Sequence record: LR745206.1
Length of the DNA: 64,000 bases
Direction: 5' to 3' (one strand)
Positions within the stretch are counted from its first letter, which is position 1. Each line of letters opens with the position of its first letter. Positions 28,898-38,695 of the stretch are shown piece by piece. Position numbers and translations under genes: made by a program. The notes beneath the pieces were generated by a model, which was not told the origin of the DNA, made no database searches, and saw nothing but the letters and a program-made list of their open reading frames with translations.

Positions 28898-30298
28898 TTA
28901 GGTACATTCTGGACAATCTGTTACACCACTACCACCACAATCATCACACTCTCTTGTACCGTCACCATCACATCTAGGACAATCTTCCTTATCATCGCCC
29001 TTACCAACTGTACCGTCACCATCACAATTTGAGCAAGTATAACTACCATCACCATCACACTCGTAACAACTTCTTCTACCACTACCATCACAAGAATCAC
29101 AAGAAATATAGTCACCTCCAGTTGATTCTAAAACATATGCACCTGAGCTGTTATTAATTGATAAGGTACCACTTTTGTTCCAAAACTTCAAAGTATCTAA
29201 ATAAGGATATCCTTCATATGTTCCTGGTTTTATATCAACTGTTAGATCTAAATTAACATTTGATCCATCAGGAGATACTACTGCTCCGCTCCCTGCTGAT
29301 CCATTTGTTCTTTTTGTATACCACCCATTTTCTTTAGCATAATCTCTAAATAATTGAACATCAGAATCTTTTGTTGTGTAGATTCTATCCATGAATTTTT
29401 TACCATCTCTTAATTTCCAAAGTAAAGCTCTACCAATTATTTTAGTAGGGTCATCTTCTGATTTAAATATAACAAGAGTACAAACTTCTGGATTTGACAT
29501 ATAAATATCAAAATAGTCTTCATTCACATCAGACATACAAGAACTACCAAGTGTACCATTTCTATTATAGTAGTTTCTATAACTATACCAGTATCCGATT
29601 TTATCACCTGTTATTTCTTCAAATAGTGTGAATTTATCATTGAATTTATCAATAGTTGCTTTGTATAGATTAACAAAATCCTCTATTTCTTTATCAGCGA
29701 ATTTTATATCAGCTGATCCTAATAAGGCTCTTATTGCTCTACCTATTCGTATTTCTTGTCTATTTGTTGACCATACTAATTTTGTTGTCTCATCAACGGC
29801 TCTCAATTTCTCAACATTAATAACCAGGTCTGTATTTGTAAATTTAACCCAAGCAAATGTTTTATTTGACTTTTCAGAAACTACTTTTTTGATAACTTCA
29901 CCAATTTCGTTTTCCTCTGGTTGTACTATTTCTTCGGTTGTTGGTGTAAATCCTAACTCATCGAAAAGCTTTTTATTCTTATATTCACCAGCTTCATTTT
30001 TATTATATGTTAGCCACCCACCGTTTCTACCAACAAATCTAACCGTTTCTTTTCTATCATTTAATATTTGTTGTGCTCTTCTGTCTGGTATAAATGATAC
30101 TGTATCATTTTTATCCATTAATAAATCGAAGTAATTAGATCTAACATCCAAGTCTTTATTTTCTATACCTAGTAGTGATTTTGATATTGGATTTTCTATT
30201 TTTGATAATGCTAATCTGAATTTATCAGAATAAACAACATCAGATTCTAGAATTAAATCCATTGATTCTTTTATAAAGTCTAAATACTTCTTTATCAT
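28898..30298 (-). CDS. N-tagged phage protein with C-terminal DnaJ-type CxxCxGxG zinc-finger array
   Basis: MIKKYLDFIKES; GTLGSSCM, IIGRALLW, FMDRIYT core; six CxxC pairs at C-terminus. Confidence 0.7.
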   Translation of the reverse strand: MIKKYLDFIKESMDLILESDVVYSDKFRLALSKIENPISKSLLGIENKDLDVRSNYFDLLMDKNDTVSFIPDRRAQQILNDRKETVRFVGRNGGWLTYNKNEAGEYKNKKLFDELGFTPTTEEIVQPEENEIGEVIKKVVSEKSNKTFAWVKFTNTDLVINVEKLRAVDETTKLVWSTNRQEIRIGRAIRALLGSADIKFADKEIEDFVNLYKATIDKFNDKFTLFEEITGDKIGYWYSYRNYYNRNGTLGSSCMSDVNEDYFDIYMSNPEVCTLVIFKSEDDPTKIIGRALLWKLRDGKKFMDRIYTTKDSDVQLFRDYAKENGWYTKRTNGSAGSGAVVSPDGSNVNLDLTVDIKPGTYEGYPYLDTLKFWNKSGTLSINNSSGAYVLESTGGDYISCDSCDGSGRRSCYECDGDGSYTCSNCDGDGTVGKGDDKEDCPRCDGDGTRECDDCGGSGVTDCPECT

Positions 30299-30347
30299 CT
30301 TAGTTATTTTTCAGTTTTTATATATATTAAATAATAATTTTTAATTT

Positions 30348-30626
30348 ATGAAATATATTAAATCCTATAAAATATTCGAATCCACTTATAGTATTGATGA
30401 ATACATCTTATCAATTTCAAGTGAGTTAGGTAAATATAATATAACACCAGTTGCTATTAGAACACTATTAGATAATTACTCTGATATAATACAAAATAGT
30501 ATGGAAAATGAGGTAACTCCACATAATTTTGTAAAAAATATTATCAAGGATATGGATTTAAGTAGTGGTGGATTTATATCACAAATGTCACCACCTAGTC
30601 AACCAACCGAGATTAAATATCTATAA
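30348..30626 (+). CDS. hypothetical protein, N-terminal tag
   Basis: MKYIKSYKIFES. Confidence 0.7.
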   Translation: MKYIKSYKIFESTYSIDEYILSISSELGKYNITPVAIRTLLDNYSDIIQNSMENEVTPHNFVKNIIKDMDLSSGGFISQMSPPSQPTEIKYL

Positions 30627-30673
30627 ATAAAACGATATATCTTTTTAATATATACAAAAAGCCAAAGTCTAGG

Positions 30674-31045
30674 ATGAAGATTAAAAGATTTAATGAAATA
30701 TCAGAAGAAGTAAAGATTTCAGAGAATATAGATACTGATATTATGGGTATAACAACTGTTTCTGGGAGAAGAATTCCAACTAATCCAAATAGGAGAACTC
30801 AATATTTTTATGATTATTATACTGGTAAAAGAATAACTGGTAAATCTAAATATGAATTAAACTCAAAAATATTTGATTTGGCTAAAAGGGATGATGAAAT
30901 TGGACTTATCGCTCAATTCTGTTTACAAGTGGAGAGAGATAGTATGAGTATAGATTATAGTATGAGTGGTCAAATGGATAATAAACTAACTAAACTAACC
31001 ACTACACCGGAAAAGGATCAAGAAGATACTAAACCAATTGAATAA
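30674..31045 (+). CDS. hypothetical protein, N-terminal tag
   Basis: MKIKRFNEISEE; TAATATATA upstream. Confidence 0.7.
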   Translation: MKIKRFNEISEEVKISENIDTDIMGITTVSGRRIPTNPNRRTQYFYDYYTGKRITGKSKYELNSKIFDLAKRDDEIGLIAQFCLQVERDSMSIDYSMSGQMDNKLTKLTTTPEKDQEDTKPIE

Positions 31046-31250
31046 TCAAACATCCCATGTTTGTTGGGTGTTCATTCACCATAAAGTCATAATCAATACA
31101 AGCTTCCTTAACTATTTCCTTCATTCTATCACTTAATCCGGTTATAACTTCAATACTATTTCCGTTTTTTTGCATAACTTCCCAGAAGAACGAGTCGAGT
31201 CTTCTAATAACATCTTCATGTCTAACACCGTGTAAGTCTATTTTTTCCAT
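31029..31250 (-). CDS. stand-alone Smr-domain protein
   Basis: KIDLHG...LDSFF...IEVITG signature. Confidence 0.7.
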   Translation of the reverse strand: MEKIDLHGVRHEDVIRRLDSFFWEVMQKNGNSIEVITGLSDRMKEIVKEACIDYDFMVNEHPTNMGCLIIQLV

Positions 31251-31265
31251 TTAATATATATCTAT

Positions 31266-31520
31266 ATGAGATATCTAAAACCATATAAAAAGTTTATAGA
31301 AAATGCTGATGGATCATCAACATCAGGAATGGGTGCTGTTTCTTCTGCTCAACCTGGTGGATTAGCTGGTACAACTGGAACTGATGGATCTGGTGATTTA
31401 GGATTTGTTTTCAAGAAGGAGAAAAGAAAGAAGGGTGATGCTAGTGAGGTTACTGATATAAGAGATCTTGAAAAAGTTGATGTTGAAAAAGTTGATGATA
31501 TAGGATTAAATAAAAACTAA
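31266..31520 (+). CDS. small Gly/Ser-rich protein, N-terminal tag
   Basis: MRYLKPYKKFIEN then low-complexity segment. Confidence 0.7.
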   Translation: MRYLKPYKKFIENADGSSTSGMGAVSSAQPGGLAGTTGTDGSGDLGFVFKKEKRKKGDASEVTDIRDLEKVDVEKVDDIGLNKN

Positions 31521-31546
31521 TATCATTAAGTCAATATATATTATAT

Positions 31547-31867
31547 ATGCTTGATTTAGATAAATATAAAAATAAGAGGTTCAGTAAGGACAAATTCATT
31601 GATAAACGAATAAAAGCTCTCTTTTTATTCTATGATAAAAGGGTCGGTGAATTGAAATTGGGATATAGACAAAGTATAGAACTTCTAAACCACATGATTT
31701 CTGTTTTAGTTGATAGTGAGGAATATGAGTTAGCAGCAGCTTTCAAAAAAAGGAAATTTAGAAAGTGGAGAAAGTGGAGAAAGATTAAAAGACTTTGGTC
31801 ATTTAAATTATTCTATCGTGTTTGGAGATTTAGATTATATAAAATATTTAAAATAAAAATAGACTGA
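31547..31867 (+). CDS. basic hypothetical protein with possible UVR-like motif
   Basis: LVDSEEYELAAAFKKR; weak similarity only. Confidence 0.5.
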   Translation: MLDLDKYKNKRFSKDKFIDKRIKALFLFYDKRVGELKLGYRQSIELLNHMISVLVDSEEYELAAAFKKRKFRKWRKWRKIKRLWSFKLFYRVWRFRLYKIFKIKID

Positions 31868-32114
31868 TTTACATTTGTGTGATCAAATATAATTTCAGTC
31901 TAACTTCTACGAGTTTCAGAACTTCACAATTTCATTCACTCTATCACACATCTTTTAGTTCGGAGTGTTAGTATGATAAACACTTACCTACTGCGGGACC
32001 AACAGATTTATTATCCCATAACCTCGGTAAAGGTTATCCTATTTTTCAGCACGAGTTACCGCAAGTGATTTATATAGGTATATTTTTTATTGATTTCGGT
32101 ATACTTAAACACCT
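31861..32114 (-). ncRNA. candidate structured non-coding RNA
   Basis: ~260-nt gap between convergent genes; own TATATTTG box at 32120-32127; several stems, an 8-bp loop-loop pairing, and a terminal hairpin followed by a U-rich tract. Confidence 0.6.
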
Positions 32115-32132
32115 TACTACAAATATAAGGAA

Positions 32133-32399
32133 TTATTTTGACTTATCCTTACTTTTTGATTTTTTATATTTCTCAGCTTTTTCTGTTATTTCACTAAGAG
32201 ACATACCAAATATCAAAGCAACCATTACTATTAAAAAGGCTATTACACCCACAGCGATAGCAGAAACTGGTATCATCCATATTGGACAAGTTACCCACCA
32301 CCAACTCCAAGAAGCAACAACTCCAATTTCTGCTAATTTTAATACTAGAAATATCAAAAATACAATTATTGGTAAACTCAATGTGTTTTTATTTGTCAT
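32133..32399 (-). CDS. small membrane protein
   Basis: Two hydrophobic helices, WSWWWVTCPIW, basic tail. Confidence 0.75.
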   Translation of the reverse strand: MTNKNTLSLPIIVFLIFLVLKLAEIGVVASWSWWWVTCPIWMIPVSAIAVGVIAFLIVMVALIFGMSLSEITEKAEKYKKSKSKDKSK

Positions 32400-33023
32400 T
32401 TATTTTATACCAATTTTGTTTAAGAAGTTTTCTCTTTTACTAGATTTTGTTTGAAATTTTGGGCAAAAATAGATATCTCGTAATGATTTTATACCAATCT
32501 CACTACAAGCATAACGTCTAGATAGTATATTATCTCTTTTGGATAATAATCTACCAAGAGACATATAATAAAAAATACCATCTTCTTCAACACAATAGAT
32601 TATAGATGAAACTGCCTCTTTATAAGAATCATCTAGCTCCCAACCAGATTCCTCCTCACCAAACCAACCAGCAATTGTTGATATAGTTACTACCAAACCA
32701 GATATAACAAAAATTACCCAAAATGTTACATTAAACCCTGAATAATCATATTGAATGAGTTTATTATCTTCTAGTTTTTGAACTTCATCAAATTGCTTCA
32801 TACCATATACAATTTCATCATTTTTAACTTCTTCGTAGATATAAAGATAATCATTACCCATCTTTATTTCAGTAGAAATATCATAAGTGGTTTTAGTATC
32901 TTCGAAAGAACCGATATATTGGTATGAAATTATGGCTAATGTTAAAAATACAGTCTTCGCTGGGTTTGATTTAATAATATCAAGTAATAATACTGAGATA
33001 AATTTTAAATAGGTTAATATCAT
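32400..33023 (-). CDS. membrane-anchored hypothetical protein, C-terminal tag
   Basis: Two TMs; ends KRENFLNKIGIK; start after TATATTTG at 33045-33052. Confidence 0.7.
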   Translation of the reverse strand: MILTYLKFISVLLLDIIKSNPAKTVFLTLAIISYQYIGSFEDTKTTYDISTEIKMGNDYLYIYEEVKNDEIVYGMKQFDEVQKLEDNKLIQYDYSGFNVTFWVIFVISGLVVTISTIAGWFGEEESGWELDDSYKEAVSSIIYCVEEDGIFYYMSLGRLLSKRDNILSRRYACSEIGIKSLRDIYFCPKFQTKSSKRENFLNKIGIK

Positions 33024-33060
33024 GTGTTTATTTTTGGATAAACACAAATATACTAAAAAT

Positions 33061-33318
33061 TTATATGACTAACAAATCAATTTCAAATTCTGATATACTA
33101 AATTCTTTTTTAAGTATAATATTGTTAAAAAGAGAAAATACTGATTCATACCTTTCATCATTGAGCAGTATATCACATTCTGTGCATTTTAGTTCAGCAC
33201 AATAAGCATCCATGTAGTATATAAACCTACCAACAACTTTTTCATACCTACTATCTATTGGTTCACCTTTTAATTCATTAATAACACATTTTCTAATATC
33301 ATTAGCTAAGTTTTTCAT
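33061..33318 (-). CDS. hypothetical protein
   Basis: ORF track. Confidence 0.6.
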   Translation of the reverse strand: MKNLANDIRKCVINELKGEPIDSRYEKVVGRFIYYMDAYCAELKCTECDILLNDERYESVFSLFNNIILKKEFSISEFEIDLLVI

Positions 33319-33450
33319 AATTAATAAGGTTAAGTTTTTATTAAGTATTTATTAAATTAATATTATGACTTGTTTCTTAATTGAAACAAACAATTAACAA
33401 AAACCCTTTGTTTATCTATTATTGGTTGGTTTATAATTTTTAAAATAAAA

Positions 33451-33918
33451 TTAAAAAATTTCATCAAATTTATTTTTATCCTTCTTTGATATCTTATTTA
33501 CCCTATCCTCATGTCTACCACCTTCAAATTCCGTTTTTAGAAATTCATTCACACAATCAATAGCTTCTTCTACTGAAATATATCTACCTGGTAGTGTTAG
33601 TACATTAGCATCATTGTGTAGTCTTGCCATATTAGCTATTTCAGAGTTCCAACATAGAGCCGCTCTAATACCTTGCCATTTATTAGCTGTCATATTTATT
33701 CCATTACCAGATCCACACACCAATATACCAAAATCACATCTATTCTTCTCAACATCCTCTGCTACTTTATGAGCATAATCTGGATAATCACATCTTTCTT
33801 CTATAAAACATCCTCTATCAAAAATTTCAATTTTATTTTTCTTTGTGTAAAGGTACTTTTTAATTTCCTGTTTTAGTTCAAATCCAGCATGGTCAGAACC
33901 CATAGATATTTTAATCAT
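33451..33918 (-). CDS. rpiB: ribose-5-phosphate isomerase B
   Basis: GSDHAGFELK, DYPD, GILVCGSGNGI, ARLHNDANVL, FEGGRH. Confidence 0.95.
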   Translation of the reverse strand: MIKISMGSDHAGFELKQEIKKYLYTKKNKIEIFDRGCFIEERCDYPDYAHKVAEDVEKNRCDFGILVCGSGNGINMTANKWQGIRAALCWNSEIANMARLHNDANVLTLPGRYISVEEAIDCVNEFLKTEFEGGRHEDRVNKISKKDKNKFDEIF

Positions 33919-33929
33919 AGTATTAGTTT

Positions 33930-34499
33930 TTATTTTATCATTATAGTGAGTGAATACATATTTAAGTTAGTTATCTTATCTATATCACTTATGTTGATGC
34001 TATTTCTATCAAATTGATCAAAAAGTGTCATTCCATCTTTTTTAATTTCTCTTGGAGTATCAGCATTTGTCATATATGATATACTACTTATTGTGTAATT
34101 ATGTTCTGTAAATTCAGGTCCATTGAATTCATCACCAATATGTTTGATAAATCTAATCACATCACCATCAATTTCTGAAAAATTAAACTCCGTTAGATTA
34201 GTATATGCGTAAAAATCACCATATTTTGGCTTGAATATTCTAACATAATCATCTTTTTGTTCAATAATAAAACCATCATCTATTAGATGTGATAAGTAAT
34301 CGGTGATATCTTCTTCAAAACTCTCTTTTATTATCCTAAATTTAAGTAGAGGTTTACCATTAATAGTAACATCACCTTTTGCATTTTTACCTATTTTTTT
34401 AACAACTATCTTCTTGTTCTTGAATCTCCCACCAAGAACGGTATCACCAACCTTAATAGGTATTTTAATCATTTCATCAAATCTATTTAAATGTTTCAT
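33930..34499 (-). CDS. hypothetical protein, N-terminal tag, paralog family
   Basis: MKHLNRFDEM; second IIKESFEE; DYLSHLIDDGF. Confidence 0.7.
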   Translation of the reverse strand: MKHLNRFDEMIKIPIKVGDTVLGGRFKNKKIVVKKIGKNAKGDVTINGKPLLKFRIIKESFEEDITDYLSHLIDDGFIIEQKDDYVRIFKPKYGDFYAYTNLTEFNFSEIDGDVIRFIKHIGDEFNGPEFTEHNYTISSISYMTNADTPREIKKDGMTLFDQFDRNSINISDIDKITNLNMYSLTIMIK

Positions 34500-35470
34500 G
34501 TTCGTATTTTATTTTCTTCTGGATATTCAAATGAGCTAAGTCTATCTAACCAACCATCACCATGTCTTTTAAATGTTGCTGCTTCTTTATATCTTTCTTC
34601 TCTAAATCTTTTTATGGAATTAAATAATGATTTTTGGTCTAATTTATTGGATTTTCTTATCCATCTTTTATTAAACGGGTTATCACTATCACTTATACTG
34701 AGCCCATTATCGTTTAGAGCCTTCCTAAGAACATCTTTCATACCAGTCTTACCTTGATTAACCGAACCATCATAAAGTATGTTAGAAACAGATTGATTAC
34801 TGAATTCACTTAAATTTTGAGCATCCCAATAATTCTTTTTATATATCTTTAATGCTGTTTCGTATGAAAGATTCTCCATATCTTCTTTTGATGGTAACCT
34901 ACCTAAATATTCCATTAATATAGGAGCTGATATTCCGTGGTTAGTACCAACAAATCTTTTACCACCTGATACTTTTATCCAATTTCCGGTATCTCCACGA
35001 TCATTTGAATATCCAGCTTCTACTTGTTTAACAATTCCTTGTGCTTTCTCAAAAGATGATTTTTTATTTCTTTGATTTTGTATATCTCTCAATGTTGAGA
35101 TAACTTCTGTTTTAATATCTGATGATAGATTTTCAGCTTCTACTGAATTACCAGGTATTAAGTATCCAACTGAAGCGAATGCTAGAAAAATAGTTGCGTA
35201 ATTTACTATTAATTTCTTTCTTATATTTTTTGGTAATAATTTAATCTTATCGACTAACTTATAGAAGTATTTTTTAATTTCTTCTTTTGGTAATTTAGAT
35301 ATAAATTTTCTAAGCTTACTCTTTATGGAATTATCTTTAGTTATATCCCACTCATAAGTATTATCACCTGTCCATTTACCCTCTGATTCAACTAATCTAA
35401 AAATATCATCTATAATAGATTGGAACCTCTTCTCTAATAAGAATATATTATAATTACTTAACTTATCCAT
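34496..35470 (-). CDS. GH108 lysozyme fused to N-terminal tagged domain
   Basis: VEAGYSNDRGDTG, GTNHGIS, IYKKNYWD, YDGSVNQG, GWLDR; TAATATATA at 35477-35485. Confidence 0.8.
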   Translation of the reverse strand: MDKLSNYNIFLLEKRFQSIIDDIFRLVESEGKWTGDNTYEWDITKDNSIKSKLRKFISKLPKEEIKKYFYKLVDKIKLLPKNIRKKLIVNYATIFLAFASVGYLIPGNSVEAENLSSDIKTEVISTLRDIQNQRNKKSSFEKAQGIVKQVEAGYSNDRGDTGNWIKVSGGKRFVGTNHGISAPILMEYLGRLPSKEDMENLSYETALKIYKKNYWDAQNLSEFSNQSVSNILYDGSVNQGKTGMKDVLRKALNDNGLSISDSDNPFNKRWIRKSNKLDQKSLFNSIKRFREERYKEAATFKRHGDGWLDRLSSFEYPEENKIRT

Positions 35471-35503
35471 TAAAATTATATATTAATTTCGTATATTTGT
35501 ATT

Positions 35504-36043
35504 ATGACTACATTTATTATAATATTGCTAAGTATCTCACAGATTGTGAGTTTCTATTTGATATTTAAGAAAATTAAACCAATAATTAAACCAGATGGTA
35601 TTCTATTAAAACCAATATCTAAGGAGTTTGTTTATAGTGATATAGATCCTAACTTTAATATAGTTTATGATGTTCTTGAATCTATTAAGATAGAGTGTTG
35701 GGCACTTGAGTTTGAAAAAGAACTTTCAGTGGGTGGTAGTCATGATTACTCATTGAAATTCAAATCACATGATGATACTATAAGAGTAAGAGGAAGGATA
35801 TGTGTTTATGAGGATGGTGATCCTTATTTATCATTTTATATAAATTCTGATGGTTGTTCAATAAGTATTGATAGAAATTCACCAATAAAAGATGATATTA
35901 TTTTATTCTTATGGGATTATATACTTGAGTATCATGAAGGTAAAAGATCAGAGAGTAAAAAATATTATGAGGATGGGTTGAAAAAAATATCATCTAAGTT
36001 GAAAACTCTCAATAGAAGTAGAAGATTGAATGAGATATTATGA
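35504..36043 (+). CDS. hypothetical protein with N-terminal TM, C-terminal tag
   Basis: ends NRSRRLNEIL; TATATTTG at 35492-35499. Confidence 0.7.
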   Translation: MTTFIIILLSISQIVSFYLIFKKIKPIIKPDGILLKPISKEFVYSDIDPNFNIVYDVLESIKIECWALEFEKELSVGGSHDYSLKFKSHDDTIRVRGRICVYEDGDPYLSFYINSDGCSISIDRNSPIKDDIILFLWDYILEYHEGKRSESKKYYEDGLKKISSKLKTLNRSRRLNEIL

Positions 36044-36438
36044 TAAATGGTAAAATATATTTAGTTCAAGCGAATTATGATGATTATGAATCATCATGGT
36101 CTAAGATAATAGGTATTTTTGATAGTATTGACGTTGCTGAAAAACATAAACAAAAATGGGATAATTTTTATAATATAAATAAATCTATTTTTGATGAGCC
36201 TAAAAATTGGAAACCAAATTTAACAGATGGTGATGAAGATGATGATGAATGGATGGAATCAAGAGAATATTGGTCATTAAAATCAAAGTATGATGATATA
36301 TTTCAGTTTAATTCGGTTAGTATAGATGAATTATCAACCAATATTGATTTATTTTTGGATAATGAATTTATAACTGATGCAATGAAAGAATTGTTAATTC
36401 AGTATAATAGAGATTATAAAATAAAAGAAATATTATGA
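36040..36438 (+). CDS. hypothetical protein, C-terminal tag
   Basis: ends NRDYKIKEIL. Confidence 0.7.
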   Translation: MINGKIYLVQANYDDYESSWSKIIGIFDSIDVAEKHKQKWDNFYNINKSIFDEPKNWKPNLTDGDEDDDEWMESREYWSLKSKYDDIFQFNSVSIDELSTNIDLFLDNEFITDAMKELLIQYNRDYKIKEIL

Positions 36439-36878
36439 AAAGAAAGAAAGTATATGTAGATATGGATGGTGTCCTTTGTGACTTCTTCAAAGCTGCGTTA
36501 GAAGCCCTTAGAAAATATCCAGAGCAAAAATATCCACAATCACAATGGGGATTCTTTTTAAAGTTGAAAGAAATACCGGATGCTATTGAATCATTTAGAA
36601 AGTTGGAAGAAAAATATGATGTTTGGATTTTAACAAGACCTTCTTTTAGAAATGTTAACTGTTTTACAGAAAAGGCTCAATGGATTTGGGATCATTTGGG
36701 ATTCGATGTTGTTCAGAGAATGATTCTATGTGGTGATAAATCTCTATTAAAAGGTGATTTTCTAATTGATGATACAAATACAGCTGGTCAATCAGATTTT
36801 GAGGGTGAGTGGATTCATTTTGGATCTGATAAATTCCCAAATTGGAATTCTGTCGTAGAATATTTAATGAAAGATTAA
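36435..36878 (+). CDS. 5'(3')-deoxyribonucleotidase (NT5C-like HAD)
   Basis: VYVDMDGVLCDF, WILT, EKAQWI, KSLLKGDFLIDD. Confidence 0.88.
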   Translation: MKRKKVYVDMDGVLCDFFKAALEALRKYPEQKYPQSQWGFFLKLKEIPDAIESFRKLEEKYDVWILTRPSFRNVNCFTEKAQWIWDHLGFDVVQRMILCGDKSLLKGDFLIDDTNTAGQSDFEGEWIHFGSDKFPNWNSVVEYLMKD

Positions 36879-36908
36879 AACTTTCTAGAATTTCTATATA
36901 TTATTTAT

Positions 36909-37139
36909 ATGGAAAAATTAAATTACCCTGAGCCTGGTAAATTATACAGGCATTATAAAGGTGGTGTGTATGAATTTCTTTTTATGGCACCGCATAGTGA
37001 AACTGGTGATAAATTAGTAATTTATAAATCAGTTTTATTTGGATCCTATCATGCTAGACCTCTTGATAGTTGGAATTCTGATTTAGAAGCAAAAAATGGT
37101 CTAATAACCGGCCAAAAAAGATTTGAAGTTATTAATTAA
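36909..37139 (+). CDS. DUF1653 domain protein
   Basis: YRHYKGGVY...HSET...LVIYK...ARP. Confidence 0.85.
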   Translation: MEKLNYPEPGKLYRHYKGGVYEFLFMAPHSETGDKLVIYKSVLFGSYHARPLDSWNSDLEAKNGLITGQKRFEVIN

Positions 37140-37209
37140 TATCATGTAACATCATGATATACTATTATATAATTTTGCAAAGTCTGAAAATATTCATATA
37201 TTTGTAGTT

Positions 37210-37989
37210 ATGAGAAATAGAATCCTATATTTAGGGGACATACACGGAAATTTTAATTTGATTAGTCAGTATATCAAACACTATGGTATTGAGAATGCTT
37301 ATATAATTCAAGTTGGTGATTTTGGTGTAGGTTTTGCTACTCTAGAAAAAGAAAAAAGAGCTCTAGATTATATCAATCAGGTTCTTGTGAGGAATAATGT
37401 TATGTTGTATGCTATTCGTGGTAATCATGACTTTAAACCTTATTTTGATAATGATCCATTCATGTTCAGTAATATTAAACTTGTAGCAGACTATACTATT
37501 CTAAATCTGGAATTGGATATACTAGGATTAACTGAGGTTAAAAATATTCTTTGTATCGGTGGTGCTGTGAGTGTTGATAGAAAACTTAGACAAACAAAAA
37601 GTCAAAGAGAAGGTAATTATCAAGTTCAACCAGGTCAAAGTTGGTGGGATGATGAAATATTTTTATTGGATAATGAAAAATTAGCAGCAATGAGAAATAT
37701 TGATATTGCTGTTACTCATACCGCACCTGATTATTGTATACCTGATAATAGTAATGGGTTAGGATTCTTTGTTGATAATATTATCAGACAAACTAATGAT
37801 ATGGAATTGAAAACTGATCTATTATTTGAAAGAAGACAAGTAACTGATGCCTTTCATACTCTTAGATTGAATGGTAATGATATCAAACACCATTACTATG
37901 GACATTTTCATAAAAGTGACTTCATAACTATGTATGGTACTAAACATCGATTACTTGGTATCGGTGAACTTTGGGAAGAGAGAGATTAA
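37210..37989 (+). CDS. calcineurin-like metallophosphoesterase
   Basis: GDIHG, GDFG, GNHD, THT, GHFH; TATATTTG at 37197-37204. Confidence 0.9.
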   Translation: MRNRILYLGDIHGNFNLISQYIKHYGIENAYIIQVGDFGVGFATLEKEKRALDYINQVLVRNNVMLYAIRGNHDFKPYFDNDPFMFSNIKLVADYTILNLELDILGLTEVKNILCIGGAVSVDRKLRQTKSQREGNYQVQPGQSWWDDEIFLLDNEKLAAMRNIDIAVTHTAPDYCIPDNSNGLGFFVDNIIRQTNDMELKTDLLFERRQVTDAFHTLRLNGNDIKHHYYGHFHKSDFITMYGTKHRLLGIGELWEERD

Positions 37990-38017
37990 CTTTTCTCTCT
38001 TTTTATTTATAACTAAT

Positions 38018-38212
38018 ATGAGGAGTCAAACTATAATTTATATACGTTGGAAATTAACAGATAGGGTAGAAGTATTTGTTAACTTAGGAAAACTATATCA
38101 TCATTATAATAATGATGAATTGGGTGTGAGTAGGTGGACTCTAGATAGAAAGGATTTGTATGATGGTTATGAGAGTGATATTATAGAGATAAAAAAAATG
38201 TTTGTTAGATAA
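38018..38212 (+). CDS. hypothetical protein
   Basis: Likely start MRSQT within track ORF 37934..38212. Confidence 0.5.
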   Translation: MRSQTIIYIRWKLTDRVEVFVNLGKLYHHYNNDELGVSRWTLDRKDLYDGYESDIIEIKKMFVR

Positions 38213-38695
38213 TTATTCTTTGGTGAAGATTTTTTCCCAAGGAACAATATCATCTGGGTGATATACAATAACATCTACCATAATTTCACTATCTAAATCG
38301 AAAGATATTTTTCTTAATTTAAATTTATATCCGAAATTTTTCATTTTATAGAATGAATCATCCAATTCATTAAAAAAGTCAATTGTTTTTTCCATCTCAA
38401 AATCAGAATCACCAGCCTTTATTATATTTAATAACTGTTCAAATCTAATACGTATTAGATAAGATTGGTATAGTGGATCAGTAATATAATTAATTCTATC
38501 CAATAATTTGAAATTCTTATCAATCAATGTGTGTGAAGAATTCTTCACAGATTTAAACTCACCACCAATATCTACCAACTCCAAGAAGAATTCTCTTATC
38601 TCATCATCTCTATCATAGGATGATTTCATAACAGCATTTGCTACCCAATTTTCGTTTAATTGTTCCAAATCACTATATCTATTTAAATGTTTCAT
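38213..38695 (-). CDS. hypothetical protein, N-terminal tag, paralog family
   Basis: MKHLNRYSDLEQLNEN; IREFFLELVDIGG. Confidence 0.7.
   Translation of the reverse strand: MKHLNRYSDLEQLNENWVANAVMKSSYDRDDEIREFFLELVDIGGEFKSVKNSSHTLIDKNFKLLDRINYITDPLYQSYLIRIRFEQLLNIIKAGDSDFEMEKTIDFFNELDDSFYKMKNFGYKFKLRKISFDLDSEIMVDVIVYHPDDIVPWEKIFTKE

Noticed and set aside
2271-33047. Long upstream extensions of track ORFs ending in ...YIC(E/N)M or IYIYM (starts 3245, 4126, 14408, 15096, 19299, 22283, 33047)
   Set aside because: They are translations of the promoter boxes themselves; downstream ATGs were used instead
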